DNA of 64,000 bases from assembly GCA_965644315.1 (NCBI GenBank), contig CBFFRQ010000196.1:1-64000 (forward strand), written 5' to 3'. Within the stretch, counting starts at the first letter, position 1. The number at the start of each line of letters is the position of its first letter. This document shows, in pieces, positions 29,801 through 41,900 of this stretch. The translations under genes were made by a program, and so were the position numbers. Source of the stretch: Caecitellus pseudoparvulus. Lineage: Eukaryota; Protista; Bigyra: Bicosoecida. The notes beneath the pieces were generated by a model that was not told where the DNA came from, did no database searches, and was given only the letters and a program-made list of their open reading frames with translations.

Positions 29801-30925
29801 CCGCCGTTTTCAAGGCAGTGTTGGAGTGTATCGAGGAAGCGGGAACCGACCAAGCCACCGATCTCCGGGGGAGCAAAGAGACTGAAAGCTGCACCTAGCA
29901 CTTCCGGGTCAAGAAGGGGGAGGACTTGGGAAGCGCCTCCAGGTGCCTGCACGTTCAGGGAAGCTGGGCGTACCGGGAGCGTGCTGCGCCGGGCATCGCA
30001 GGCGCACACACCGGGCTGTGAACCAAAGCGTGCTTGACAGTCAGTTTTGCTGCATCACAACACGCGCTCGACTCCAGTTTGTACAGTGCCTCTTTCAGCC
30101 TTTCGTGCCCGCCCAGGCCGTACTTGGCGGCACACTCGAGCACGGCGGCTTGGTCAACACCGTGCATGTTTGCGAGCTCTGCAGCGTACAAAGCAGCGCG
30201 TCGAGCTCCAGGCGGCAGGTTCATGAATGCATGTGTTTCGAGTGCTGGAGTATCCGCACCCTGCGGCACCCTTGTGCCATGTACTCGAGCCACAAAGCCT
30301 GTGGCCCACAGTGCCGCTCCTTCAGGTCCCAGGAAGGCTAACAAACACGCCTCCAGCCCCCCGAGCGCTGCTGTGTGGGATATGTTTATGGTGTCATGAC
30401 ACATCACACTCCCGACGAAGTTTGGTGATATCAGCTGACATGCAGCGTCAATGCACGGGGGAGCGGCCTGTGCACAAACAAACACACCCGCCGCTCATGA
30501 CGCTCGCCATCCCCAAGTCGCGCTCAAGGCGACGCACGCACCTCACAACCCATCAGCACACCCAGCGCCACCTCCACAGCTTGACCATCTATCTCACTCG
30601 ACTCCAGCGCATCCACTGCGCCCGCCAGACGCAACTGGTCACTTCCGCTCAGGGCTCCCCACCACGGTACACCCTCCAGCCGTGCACGCCACACCCCGCC
30701 CCCCTCACCACACACATCCCTGCCCTGCCCACTACCTGCCACACTACACAGTGACAAGCGGGGGATGAACACCACCGCAAGGTTCGGCGCGGGCAGGAGC
30801 GCCGGCACGGCAGCTGGTGTGGCTGCGCCAACTTCCGCCCTGCCACCACGCAGGCGCCGCCAGCGCGGCCGCCCTGCAGCCTGGCATGCTCTCACAAGCT
30901 TCGTTGTGTGCAGCATGATTGGCAT
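26821..30925 (-). CDS. Crinkler/RHS-like P-loop NTPase with probable C-terminal REase-like domain; 3 exons (predicted introns 30468-30541, 29947-30011)
   Basis: Walker A GAVGSGKT, Walker B MLIVDE, C-terminal FPNLDFVVF...VCFLVTT. GT..CAG introns join the ORFs in frame. Arg-rich N-terminus. Confidence 0.65.
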
Positions 30926-31045
30926 GCGAGTGGCGTGCCGTGATCGCCACAGGGAATGGGGGTATATGAGCTGGAAGTAGTGTTGTGTCTGCAGGCGCAC
31001 ACTGGCAGCGAGTCACAGGTGAAACGCAAGGCCCTCCGTTTCTGA
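30444..31045. repeat. ~600-bp header repeat (upstream DNA + exon 1 + intron), second copy at ~33359-33952
   Basis: High nucleotide similarity of the two segments, ending at the PCIDAA codons. Confidence 0.9.
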
Positions 31046-31707
31046 CAGCACGCCGGGCTGCAGGCCGGGCAAAACAATGCCCTTAGCTTCGCTGTGAATC
31101 TTAATTGGTACTTGGACCTGGCGTGGATCACCATGCCAAGCTGTGTTTGCTACGGTTGTCGGCTTCCTTCTTGTTGCGGACTAAGCATGGCAGCAGCTCC
31201 ATGCACATAGGCGACTGCAAAGTCCCGGGGGCTGTGTTCTCAAGGGTGTACAAAAACATGGCAAAATGAAAAGGTAGTGGGACTTTTTGCGCGGTGCGGG
31301 GATCGGGATACACGCGTTCCGTGTCCCACACAGCACAGCTCCGAGCTGCGTGTGCCCCGCGCCCAAGGACACGCGGACTGGTGCTGGTGGGTGTCATCAA
31401 GCGGCAAGCATGGAGAAATTGTTTCCATTCCATGGGAAGTCCACCAATTCAATGAATGCCAGCCAGGGTTTGCAGCCCTCTCCCATGAATGACCTACGTG
31501 GCGCCCATTGCAGTTGAGCGTGTCTTTTACTCGCCTCGCAGAGCACCACTGACAAGTCCATGCCCATACGGCAGCCAAAACGCCATCAGTGCTCCCTGCA
31601 AGCTTCTGCTGACACACTGGTCTTTGGTTCCGCTTGCTTGGGCTATCACCGCATTTGCGGACACCGCAGTGCGCACCGTCCACGCCCACCGCCACCCATG
31701 CGTGCAT

Positions 31708-33834
31708 CTACGCTTGCTCCAAGCTCATACTCTCTTTAAACTTCTTCAGAAACTTGTCCCAGGCGTGGTACTCTTTCGCGAAGACCTGGGGGAAGCGACC
31801 TGTTGGGGTTGCCACAATCTCTTCGATGCTCCTGCTCACGCAAAACTGCAAGAAGGCGGACAGGTCTTTCCCGCCAACGCCTTCAATGGTTTTATACTCC
31901 CAAAACTCGCCAACAATCCCCAGCACTTGCCGTGTATGCAGTGCTTGCACCGTTTCAGGGTTCACCGGACCCTGCGAAAGGAACACACACTTTTCCTCCA
32001 GCTGGGAAGTGCAGGTGCACTTCTCAAGCCCCAGCTCACGCACCTTTGACTGGACAAATGCGTGCTTCACCATAAGGGCTACGAACTCACATCGATCATA
32101 TTTGATCCGAGTTCCAAACGCGTCGGTGACGTTTGCTCTCTCTGGCTCCGGGAGTCGCTGCAGGGCTGGTTGCAGCAAGGCTTCAACCTCTGGCCGAACT
32201 TGAGCAGCCCTGACACTCTGCCAAGCACTCTGGAGACACTCATCCACCTGGTCCATAAACAGCTGCGAGCGAAACCAGTCAGGGTCGATTCCGTCAAATG
32301 AGAATGCCAGTGTTCCGTGCATGTCATGCAGGAGTCGACCAAGGTCAACACTGAATGCATGCTTGAGAAGCTTGACCACTCCAGGGTCCACTTTCCCAAG
32401 CGGTGCATTGCACTCAACCAGCCATGTGAAAGACGTGAACATGTAAGGATTGAGCACTGTCTCGAGTGTGTCAACATTCACTGGACTCTGCGAACGAAGC
32501 AGTTCTCCACACGTGTCGCACACCGCAAGCCTGTGATGGCCAGTCGCAACGTACCGTTGTCTGCACAAAAGCCAACTTCGCCACCAACACACTGATCTCA
32601 GACCATTGTTGCTCGCCTAGAACCGCAAAAGCCTTGTTGACTCGTGTCTGTTCTGACTTCGAGAGTCGCTGTAAGGCTGGCTGCATCAAGGCTTCAACCT
32701 CTGGTTGAATTTGTGCAGCTCTGACCTTCTCCCATCGCTGCTTCAGTTGGAAACATAGGTGTTCATCAATGAACGAATTCCAATCCCCCTCGATGGGCTG
32801 AGGTGGAGTCATGAAAGCCCCATACTGAATCTCAGCAAGAAGCTCAGGAAGGCTCTTGCCTGAGCAGTGGACCCGCAGGCTTCGAAAGAACGCATCAGCG
32901 ATGTTAGGGTCCGTGTGTGTTTGAAGCATCTTTCGCGACCCCCTGACAACGTCATGAGAAAGGAGCACACACAGGACTTCTTCGTCTAGTGGGTTCTGTG
33001 GCGAGAATGGTACTGGAGGTATGCCCTTGGAAACAGCGACGGGGCAAGGGCTCAAGCCGCACACCTGCTCATCGTGGAACGCCTGGCGCATCCGCGACAG
33101 CCAAGCTCGGTCAGGCGGCAGCTTCCCGCTATGCCTTTGTCGTCGCGAAAGTAACAATGCTTGGCGAAGTAACGCATCTACTTTTGCCTGACCATGTTGC
33201 AACTCGGGCTGCGATGCGTCACAACGCAGATCTGGACTCCCTGCGAGGCAAACGCGCACGAACAGCCGGAGGTCCTCCGCCCAGGCTGAAGAGAGATCAT
33301 ATGCTGAGAACGCCTGAGAGTACAGCTGAACCCTGGACGGCTCCAACACGAAGAGGGCAGCATCAATACACGGGGGTGGGGCCTGTGCACAAACAATCAC
33401 GAACGCCGCTCTCACCACCCCCCACGTCGCGCTCAACGCGACACACGCACCTCACAACCCATCAGCACACCCAACACCACCTCCACAGCTTGACCATCTG
33501 CCTCACTCGACTCCAGCGCATCCACTGCGCCCGCCAGCCGCCTCTGGTCACTTCCGCTCAGGGCTCCCCACCACGATACACCCTCCAACCGTGCCCGCCA
33601 CACCCCGCCCCCCTCACCACACACATCCCTGCCCTGCCCACTACCTGTCACACTACACAGTGACAAGCGGGGGGTGAACACCGCCGCAAGGTGCGGCGCG
33701 GGCAGGACCGCCGGCACAGCAGCTGGTGTGGCTGCGCCAACTTCCGCCCTGCCACCACGCAGGCGCCGCCAGTACGGCCGCCCCGCAGCCTGGCATGCTC
33801 TCACAAGTTTCGTTGTGTGCAGCATGATTGGCAT
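31708..33834 (-). CDS. Uncharacterised protein with the same header and an internally repeated helical domain; 3 exons (predicted introns 33383-33450, 32488-32554)
   Basis: Repeat WxxVRAAQxxPEVEALxQPALQRL occurs twice. A GTACGT..CGCAG intron restores the frame. Confidence 0.6.
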
Positions 33835-35092
33835 TGGAGTGACGTGTCGTGATCGCCACAGGGAATGGGGTGTATGAGCTGGAAGTAGTGTTGTGTCTGC
33901 AGGCACACACTGGCAGCGAGTCACAGGTGAAACGCAAGGCCCTCCGTTTCTGTCCCCATCGGTACTCAAGCAAAGCTCGCTGTGGCGCCAAACTTCGAAC
34001 CCCTTGCACAATCATAAATCAGTAGGCTTAAATTTTCACAGCTAAAGCTTGTGTCCGAGGCAAACCCTCGTTCCGCTCTTGACCCTTTCTTCGTCGCCTG
34101 CAAGACTGCCCAACCCCAAGATGGTGTAAGAACGTCAAGAGTTCCACACAGAGGCATGATCCCATGGAAAACCAGAACATTACCTTCCTTGCATGCCAGC
34201 CAAAACCCAAACTCAAGCTGGTTTTGCTTAGCAATTCTCAAATCTTGGGCTTGATGAATGGCGTAGCAAACGCCGGCACCCTTTGCGCGGCACCCGCTCT
34301 TCCAGGGCGGAAGGCATGGCTGAAACCAACTCCCAAGGGAGGACAAATCCTTTCATGATCATGCAGCGTTGGCCCACGGTCCTCCTGCCACCACTTTTGC
34401 ACAGCTAGCCACTAACGCCACACCTGCACATCTGCGGCAAACTTTCCCGACAACTGTTGGTCAGGGAGGAACCAAAACCTTCGTACCACACATCAATCGC
34501 CTTCTACATTCTCATGTATGAATGACAGCAGCCAGCCCAACTTCGCGTCAGGGTCTCCAGAGCCGACGCCGCCGGCCATGGCAAACGATACCGATTTCCG
34601 CAGCACAGGTCGCAGCTTTCAAAAGCTCCCTGGCAACCTTTCACTCGGCAATGGCGCAAAGATGAACGCCAGCGTAATAAAAATACTAGACAGACTTGAT
34701 GCTAGCTGCCCATGTCGCCCACCCCAACCTCTCTCGTCACCAGAGTGCAGAACCTTGCAGGCTGGTATAGCCCAACGAGAGTCCGCTGTTGTGAGGAGCG
34801 GCTTACAAAGGCATGGCTGTCGACGTTCCTGGACAGCAGCGGGAGTAAGCGTGTACGTTGGTTCGAGTCAACCACGCGGAGTTTCTTTGTTCGATTCGTT
34901 CCAATGGCGGTTCAGCCTCGATCAGGGCAGGGAATGCTTGCACGTCGCTACGGTTGCAACGCCAGCCAAGCCTGGCAAGCTGGTTGGCGGAGAGACAAGA
35001 AATCAAATCAATCCCTTGATGTAACGATACACGCGACATGGGGTATACCTGGTTAGTTGCATTTGCAGCACTCCACACGGGCGTTTCTGCCC

Positions 35093-38000
35093 CTACTTTG
35101 CTGCCGACGGCGCAGGCAAAGGCAGGAAGTCGCCACCCATCATCACATGCACCAGCGGAGAGTCAAGGAACTCTGAGCATCCATCCAAATACTTTGTGTT
35201 GTCTTCAATGTTCCTGCAGGTGACATACAGCATGTGCACCCGCCACTCTGGCGAGCTGCCTTCCACCTTAGGCACTGCCGTCACCCTCAGCTTCTTGTCG
35301 GTGTTCTGCTCAGTGCCATGCTCGTCGCCAATGCCACGTGCACCACCTGCAGGCAACTGTTCTGCCTTTACCCGCACATCTGCACCCAGCAGCTCCAGCC
35401 AGGCATTGGCGAGAGTCAAGCCCCCTCCGTGCCCTGCCCACTCAGTGGGCCAGAGGTTGATGCGTCGCTGCCCTCGCCGCCCATGTGCGACATCTTCACG
35501 CTCCCATCTTTGAGCGACTCGAGGTGGGACCCTTCTGAGAGCACCACCTGTGCAATGCCGCGCAAAGCAGCGGGCACACCCTCATACTCGGGCTTTTTGG
35601 ATGCGTGGCGGTACAGGTCGAGGTGCGTCGCCGCCACAAATACTGCGTGTTTGCCCCCCTTTTCGTCGCAAAACACTTGCAAAGCATCCAATCCAAGGTT
35701 CTTGTCCAGCGGCTGAACGACCCAGGCATCACCTGGATGCAAGTTGTGCAAGGATGTCAGCGAATCTGCAGGCATGAGGAAGCTCTTGCCTGTGACCTGG
35801 CTTGGTGGCACGCCGCTGGCCTGTGGTTTGTCCTCACCACCCTCATCCCATGCTGACATTCGCCCCATGTGCCCCAAACGGGGAGTCTTGCTGACTGATG
35901 CAGGTGAGACCACCTTCATCAGCTCTGAGGCGCTTTCCTTGTTGGGATACTCCCAGGTATCCAACACCTCCTTGGGGACAAACGTTTGCCCCACGGCCAG
36001 CGCGCGGTGTCCACACGCACCAAGCGCCAGAAGCTCGGCCACTTCCTTCCCAATGTGCGTCTGCTGTGAAGGGTAGACTCCAATCTGCCAAGTATACTCA
36101 TGGCGTCTTGGTCCCCTTCCCTTCCTGTCGAGCAGCAACCGCAGCACAGCATGCCTGGCGGCCAAGGACACAAACCTCGCATTTCCCCACAACCTCATAA
36201 ACTGCACGTCAAGGCGTGTCAACAAGGAGGCGTCCGCCAACCAATCAAGTTGGTGTTGAGTGTGAATATTCCACGTCACCGACGACAAAACTAGCCAGGA
36301 AAGCTCGTCAAGCTTGCCGCTCTCGCGAAGCTGCCGCTCGAGGGAGTCTTTCAGCTCATCAGACACTTGGTGGAATGTCGCCCACAAGGCTTGCTTGTGC
36401 CCTGTGTCCTGAACATTGCGGCGGTCTTGCAGGAGAATCCCTGGCATGGCGCTGTAGTACAGCAGCAATTCCTCAAGCTCGCGATCTGCTTGGCTTGTAG
36501 ATGCGTCGGTCACCCCTTGGCGCTCTGCACCAGCCAGCGATGGCTCTGGACCTACGCCACTGCCTGGCAGTGCTGCCATAGTCCCCGTTGCGGCTTGCCC
36601 CAGGTCGGCAAATACATCCCAGAGCTGGCCCTTGATCGCGAGTCCTAGACTGGTGTCTGGGGAGCTTGTCACCACGTCCATAGTGCCTACTTTCATGTTG
36701 TGGTCCTCTGAATCGGGGCAAGGTTGCACATCCTCTGCCAAGCAACTGGGTTGTCCACCTCTCACCTGCTGGTCCAAATCATGCACTTCCTCCATCACCA
36801 ACAGGCGGGGATTCTCGGCAGGCCCACTTTCAATCAAGCCCATTGATATGGCAAGCTCATTCATCGCAACCTTTGTCGACTGCCCGAAAGAGCTCTGTGT
36901 CGGCTGCATGTGCAGCCGCAGCTTCTCGCCAGAATGAGAGTCCCCAGGGCGCGTGCTCAGACCTTGCAGAAGCGGGTTTCCTTCACCACCAACATGTGCA
37001 AGGCCATCTCGTACATACAGCACGTCAGCCCCTGCGCCCACAGCCGCGATGCTGGCCAGCGCCGCCAGGATGGTGCTGTTGCCGCACCCATGCACCCCGA
37101 TCAGCCTGTGCCCTGGGCCTGTAGATACAAGCCTATCTGCAACCTGTGAAAGGAAAGATTTGTGCTCTTCCGTCCACTCAAGGCTCAGCGTGCGCACCGC
37201 CTCCCGTGGTAGCTGGTCCAGCGTGCCATCCGGGCGTGGCTGTACGGTAGGTAAGTGAATGAAGCCAGCGCTCTTTGGCTCTTGTGTCAACGGAAGCAAG
37301 GATGGTGCAACCACGTCGTCCACCGCCGCACATATGCCATGCACTTGCTGGACATCTCCCGGTTTCAATCCTTCACGAGGAACGGGAAGAAAGAAACGCG
37401 TTGAAAATGACTCAAGCATGCCGTTCTGGTCAAACACGGGTTCCAGTCCAGCTGTGTCCACGGAACCATTTGGCGCGTATCCGCTGTCTGCAACGTCAGC
37501 TCCATCTTCAACTTCCCTGTAATACTTCCTCTGCAGCTCATCCTCGGCATGCGCAAACCACTGCAGCACGCCACGCTTGCCTTTCAGCATCGCTTTCCCC
37601 AGACCAAGCTGCCATCCAAGCACGTGCTGCACCGCCCGACGATGGCTGCCATCTGGCAAGAACTCCTGCCCAGTCGCACTGTCAAGCAACACCTCCCGCA
37701 GCGGCAGCACCACATTCGAGACACCCACGGAGGCCATTGCGGCAGCCCATGAAGCCTTCGCTTTGGCTTTGTCCTCGTCGGCAGCACGAGATGCGGCGTC
37801 CGCGGCAGCGCGAACATCCGTCATCACACCCGAGAACAATACCTGCACCACATGCTCACGAAGTTCTGGCGTCAGGACCATGTAGGTTTCAATGAACTCC
37901 TTGTTGATGAGGAAAGAGGGTGCCAACACAAACTTTTCCATGTTCATCTTCACCTCCCGCGCTGCGGCCTTCCGGGCCTGCTCATCCAAGCCTTGCAGTA

Positions 38001-38528
38001 AAGCTGGCATTGAGGTCAAAGCGATTGCCAGCGCTGTGGCTGTCGTTGGGTTGGAACCCTGCGTCTCAAGCAAAGGTCAAGTGAGTCAGTGCACGCCGCA
38101 GCGAAACGCAAAGTGCAAATGCCACCACACGTAACACCTACCAGAGGCAGCTCAGAGGGTAGAAACTCCACGGCCTCGTCCAGCCCAAGATCACGCAAGG
38201 CAGTGTGCAGACCCCCAGGCATATGCACAGACTCCTCTCCCATCGCCAGGAGCACAGTGTCAGGGCTTGGCAGCTTCGCTCTGCTGCTGAAGCACGCTAC
38301 CCCCCCGCCCGGCAAGGAGCGGCAAATATGTGCCACAGATACATACTCTCGTTGCGGTACACTGCCCATCATGGCTTCCCAGGGGTGCTCCACAGAGGAG
38401 GTGTACTCAAAGCAGGCGGTGGGCTTCGAAACGCCGGCAAACGAAACGCCACCACGCCAACTGCGCTGCACGGCGCCCCTGAGTGCCCTGCGGAACGCAG
38501 GTGCTGCTGAGCGAGACGAAGACAACAT
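35093..38528 (-). CDS. Second Crinkler/RHS-like NTPase paralogue with degenerate Walker A; intron near 38070-38140, apparent frameshift at the G-run ~35421
   Basis: GVHGCGNST..ALASIAAVGAGADVLYV aligns with GAVGSGKT..ALALMLTVGAGGDLLYL. Walker B-like LLVMEE. C-terminal NLGLDAL..VFVAAT. N-terminus MLSSSRSAAPAFRRALRG. Confidence 0.6.
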
Positions 38529-38962
38529 GATTGAGGGACAATGCCAGGCAAATTGGGCACGGCGCTCAGGATCTGGACGCAAGCGTGCAGTTGGTATGGG
38601 ACTTGCGCAGGCAGGCAGCTTCTCCAAATCACTTCGAAGAAACTGCAAAGCCTTACGCAGCTCAGGGGTGAGCTTGCCTGCGTCGCTTGTGGGATTGTTT
38701 TGTGCTAGCTTGCTGCTTTGTGACAAGGAAAGGCCAGTCGCGGGCATGAGAATTGTGTTGAGGTGCACAGTGCTCGCCTGAGTTTTGGTCCGGCGGTGGT
38801 GCCAAGCATGCGCGCAAAGCACTCTGTGGTTTCCCGGCCAAGACCCCCTGCTTAGCCCTGTGCAGCTTGATACAAATAGGGAGTGCATGTTGCTCAGTAT
38901 CCCGATTCTGCAAGTGACCAGCACTGGCGTGGAGCCTCCACCAGTGACATGTCAACAGTGTT

Positions 38963-41900
38963 TCAAGCCGTATCACTGAAGGTAGACAGGTCTGACTTGA
39001 CACGGTGTGGAAACATGTGTGAGGACAAATTTGGCAGCCCTCCAGCTGCCTCTAGCATTTTCGTGTCTCCCGCAGCTTCAATGGCCGCCGGCACTGTCAT
39101 ACAGGAAAGAAGGGCGAGATAGGCAGAGACAGAGCGGCGGTATCCAAGGGTACAGCACCACATACCCCAATGAGGCAAGGATGAGTGGTAGGTCATGGAC
39201 GGGTGCTCGTCTACAAACACCTGCAGCCATTCATAGACTGCCATCGTTTGGGACTGTATGGACGATGTGATGAGGACCAAGAGCAGCCCCACGGCCAAGA
39301 GCAACGGCAAGGCGAAGAAAGCTGCCGAGGTATACAGTGTGACCTGTGGCAGTGTTGAGTGAGCAGGGCTCGCATCAGATTCCACCAGCGCAGACCACGC
39401 TGCCAGCCAGAGCCCAAGGGTGACAGCACTTTCTAGCGTATTTAGAGCGGAGCTGCGGTACGGCTTGAGCGCTCGCTGCACCAAGAACGAGGCTGTAAGC
39501 AGGAGCAGCAAAGCTGCAAGCTGACTCCGAGCGCCCCGAACAAGGAAGACAGCGGCAACCAGAAACGTGCGCTGAGGGAGTACCGCGAGCAGCTCCCATG
39601 CCAAGCAGCTGGGCTTGGTGTGCTTGCCGTCCCGCGCCATGATCTCATGGCGCTGTGCGTGGGGCGCTCTCAGGCCTGCAAGGAGCGTCCCGGTGCGCAT
39701 TCGACTCCACTCCACATGCTGCAGTCGCTGCGCCTTGGATGGGTAGCACACCACGCAACAGGGGATGAGTACCATGACAAGGAACCCCAGCCCAGCTGCG
39801 GTCCCGAGTGCAGCAGTGAAGAGAGCTTGTAAGGAGCCCGAGCCTGTATCCCCTCGCAGGAGATGCACGGACAACTCGGGCACCCAGATTACATCTAGCA
39901 CCTGCAGGAATACGATGCAGAACGACGGATACGCAAACAAGCCATACAGCACAATTACATGAAACCATGCAAACCCACGCCGGCCGGGAGTTACTTTGGG
40001 CTTTGCTGGCTCAACCAGCGCCGCAGGCCTCCAGTTCTTTGTAGCGCTTGTGTCGTCCAGGTCAACGGCAGTGCGGTCATGAACAGGCCTAGCCCAGTGT
40101 TCAGCTTCGTCATCTGGCTCCACGACATCAACTGCGTCAACAACGATGGTGCTGGCATCATCAAAGAACTCGTCATCCACTGAGGCCTCACCATGCTGCT
40201 CTGTAGGTGGCTGCACACTGTCATGCTGCACCTGTGTTTCCTGCTCAGGGCCCGTGTTCACCACGCTTGGGGTGACAACTGCATGCTCTTGTTGGGATGC
40301 CAGCTCTGGTAGTGAAGCTACAGCCGTTGCACGTGGACCAGGCGGGTGGCTGTGCAGCTCCCCGAGACGTGGGATGCCAGGTGCCCGCTTGGCATTCAGA
40401 TCGCGCACTGCCTGCTGCACGTGCTGCTCAATCCGCGCAAGGGCGTTGGAGGCGTACTGTGCTCCAGGCTGAGGCTTCCTCCTCGGGCAACAGGTAGTGC
40501 AGCCGAGCACCCCAAGTAAAAGCACCACCTGCAATGCCACCGCTGCAAGTCTATGATATGGAGAGGTCATCGACCACGCACACTGGGAAGGGATCGAAAT
40601 GAAGCCAGGGGACATGGAAACGGTGGCAAGCCAGTCAAGAATGAACGGCCACGCGGTGGGCGGCGGTGTTGAAAGCTGCGACAGGACCCAATTCATCTGG
40701 CACCAGCCAGTCATTATCCTGAACAAAGCCACCAGTATCGATGTCTCCTTGGGCGCCCGATTGCTTCGCACGACGAGGAAAACTATGACCAGCACTGGAA
40801 CGAAGGCTCCAGTAAGGCTGAGGACCAGAGCTTGTGCCCATGGGGGGCACTTGCGGCACTGCGCAGCTGCACTCTGCCGAGCCCAGCCGTGGAGGCACTC
40901 CCCACATAGGACACCTCTGTGGCCTTCCAGGCAGGTCATGTTTGCACTGTTTGGCACCGTGATACATGCCTCCCTGGGCCAGCACTGTTGAAACCTCTGT
41001 AGAGGCTCCGCGTCGGATCCAGCCTGAGATTCCTCTTCCTGGAAAGCGGGCGACAGCGCAGACCTGTGTGCTTGCAGGTCCAAAATCCGCTGACCAAGCT
41101 CAAGGTCTGAGGGGCGACTTGCCGTTTGCGTGGCAAACTCAGCGGTCCAAAATCCACTCTGCACTCGGAGATGGCCGGCGACACACGCGCCGCCCTGCGT
41201 CGCACACGCTCTGCAGCTGGCAGCTCCAGGAAGGGAAAAAGTGCCACGGGGGCAAAGCGAGCAGGTTGGCCCAGCCCCATATGCTTGCACAGCAAATGAC
41301 CCTGCAAGGCACTGGCGACAGTCCCCTGGGGAGAGACCCTCTTTGGAAGCATCAGCTCCGGGAGACACTCCCCACCCAGGCAAGCACGTGCAGCCAAGAG
41401 AGCTCTCAGACGGGGCAAGGCCGGCGCCGGAACAGTTTTGAGGGACAGCTGCGAGCTGGGTGATCCCCAGCCCTTGCTGCAGTGGGGCTCCGCGAAGCAC
41501 CGGCATGGCAAGAAACATAGTGGGCTCTGTCTGCTCTGCAAACACTCGCCACCTGGTAGACTGTAGGAGCACATCAGCTGCCACACTTCCTCGAACTGCA
41601 GAGCCAGGCGGGAGGTACAGCCGCAACTCTGAACCAGGATCCATGCCTGTTCGGGAAAGTGCTGCACCGATGCTGTCCCTTTCACGAACGAGGAGCGAGT
41701 ACTGCTGCTCAAGCCCGCTGTAAACCGCCAGGCGTTGCAGCGGCGCCGGGCAAGTACTTGCTGGCCCTCGTGCATCGCACAAATTCCCTTGCACTGTAAC
41801 GTTTGACAGACCACTTGATGGGAGCCCTTGTTCCACCTGCACAGACAGCTCAGCCCTGCTCTGCATCTCACTCGCAGAGCCCTCCACGTTCAGCACAGCC

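Noticed and set aside
33966-34346. Ankyrin-like relic (EFGFWLACKEGNV) on the minus strand
   Set aside because: A single degenerate motif, insufficient to call a gene.
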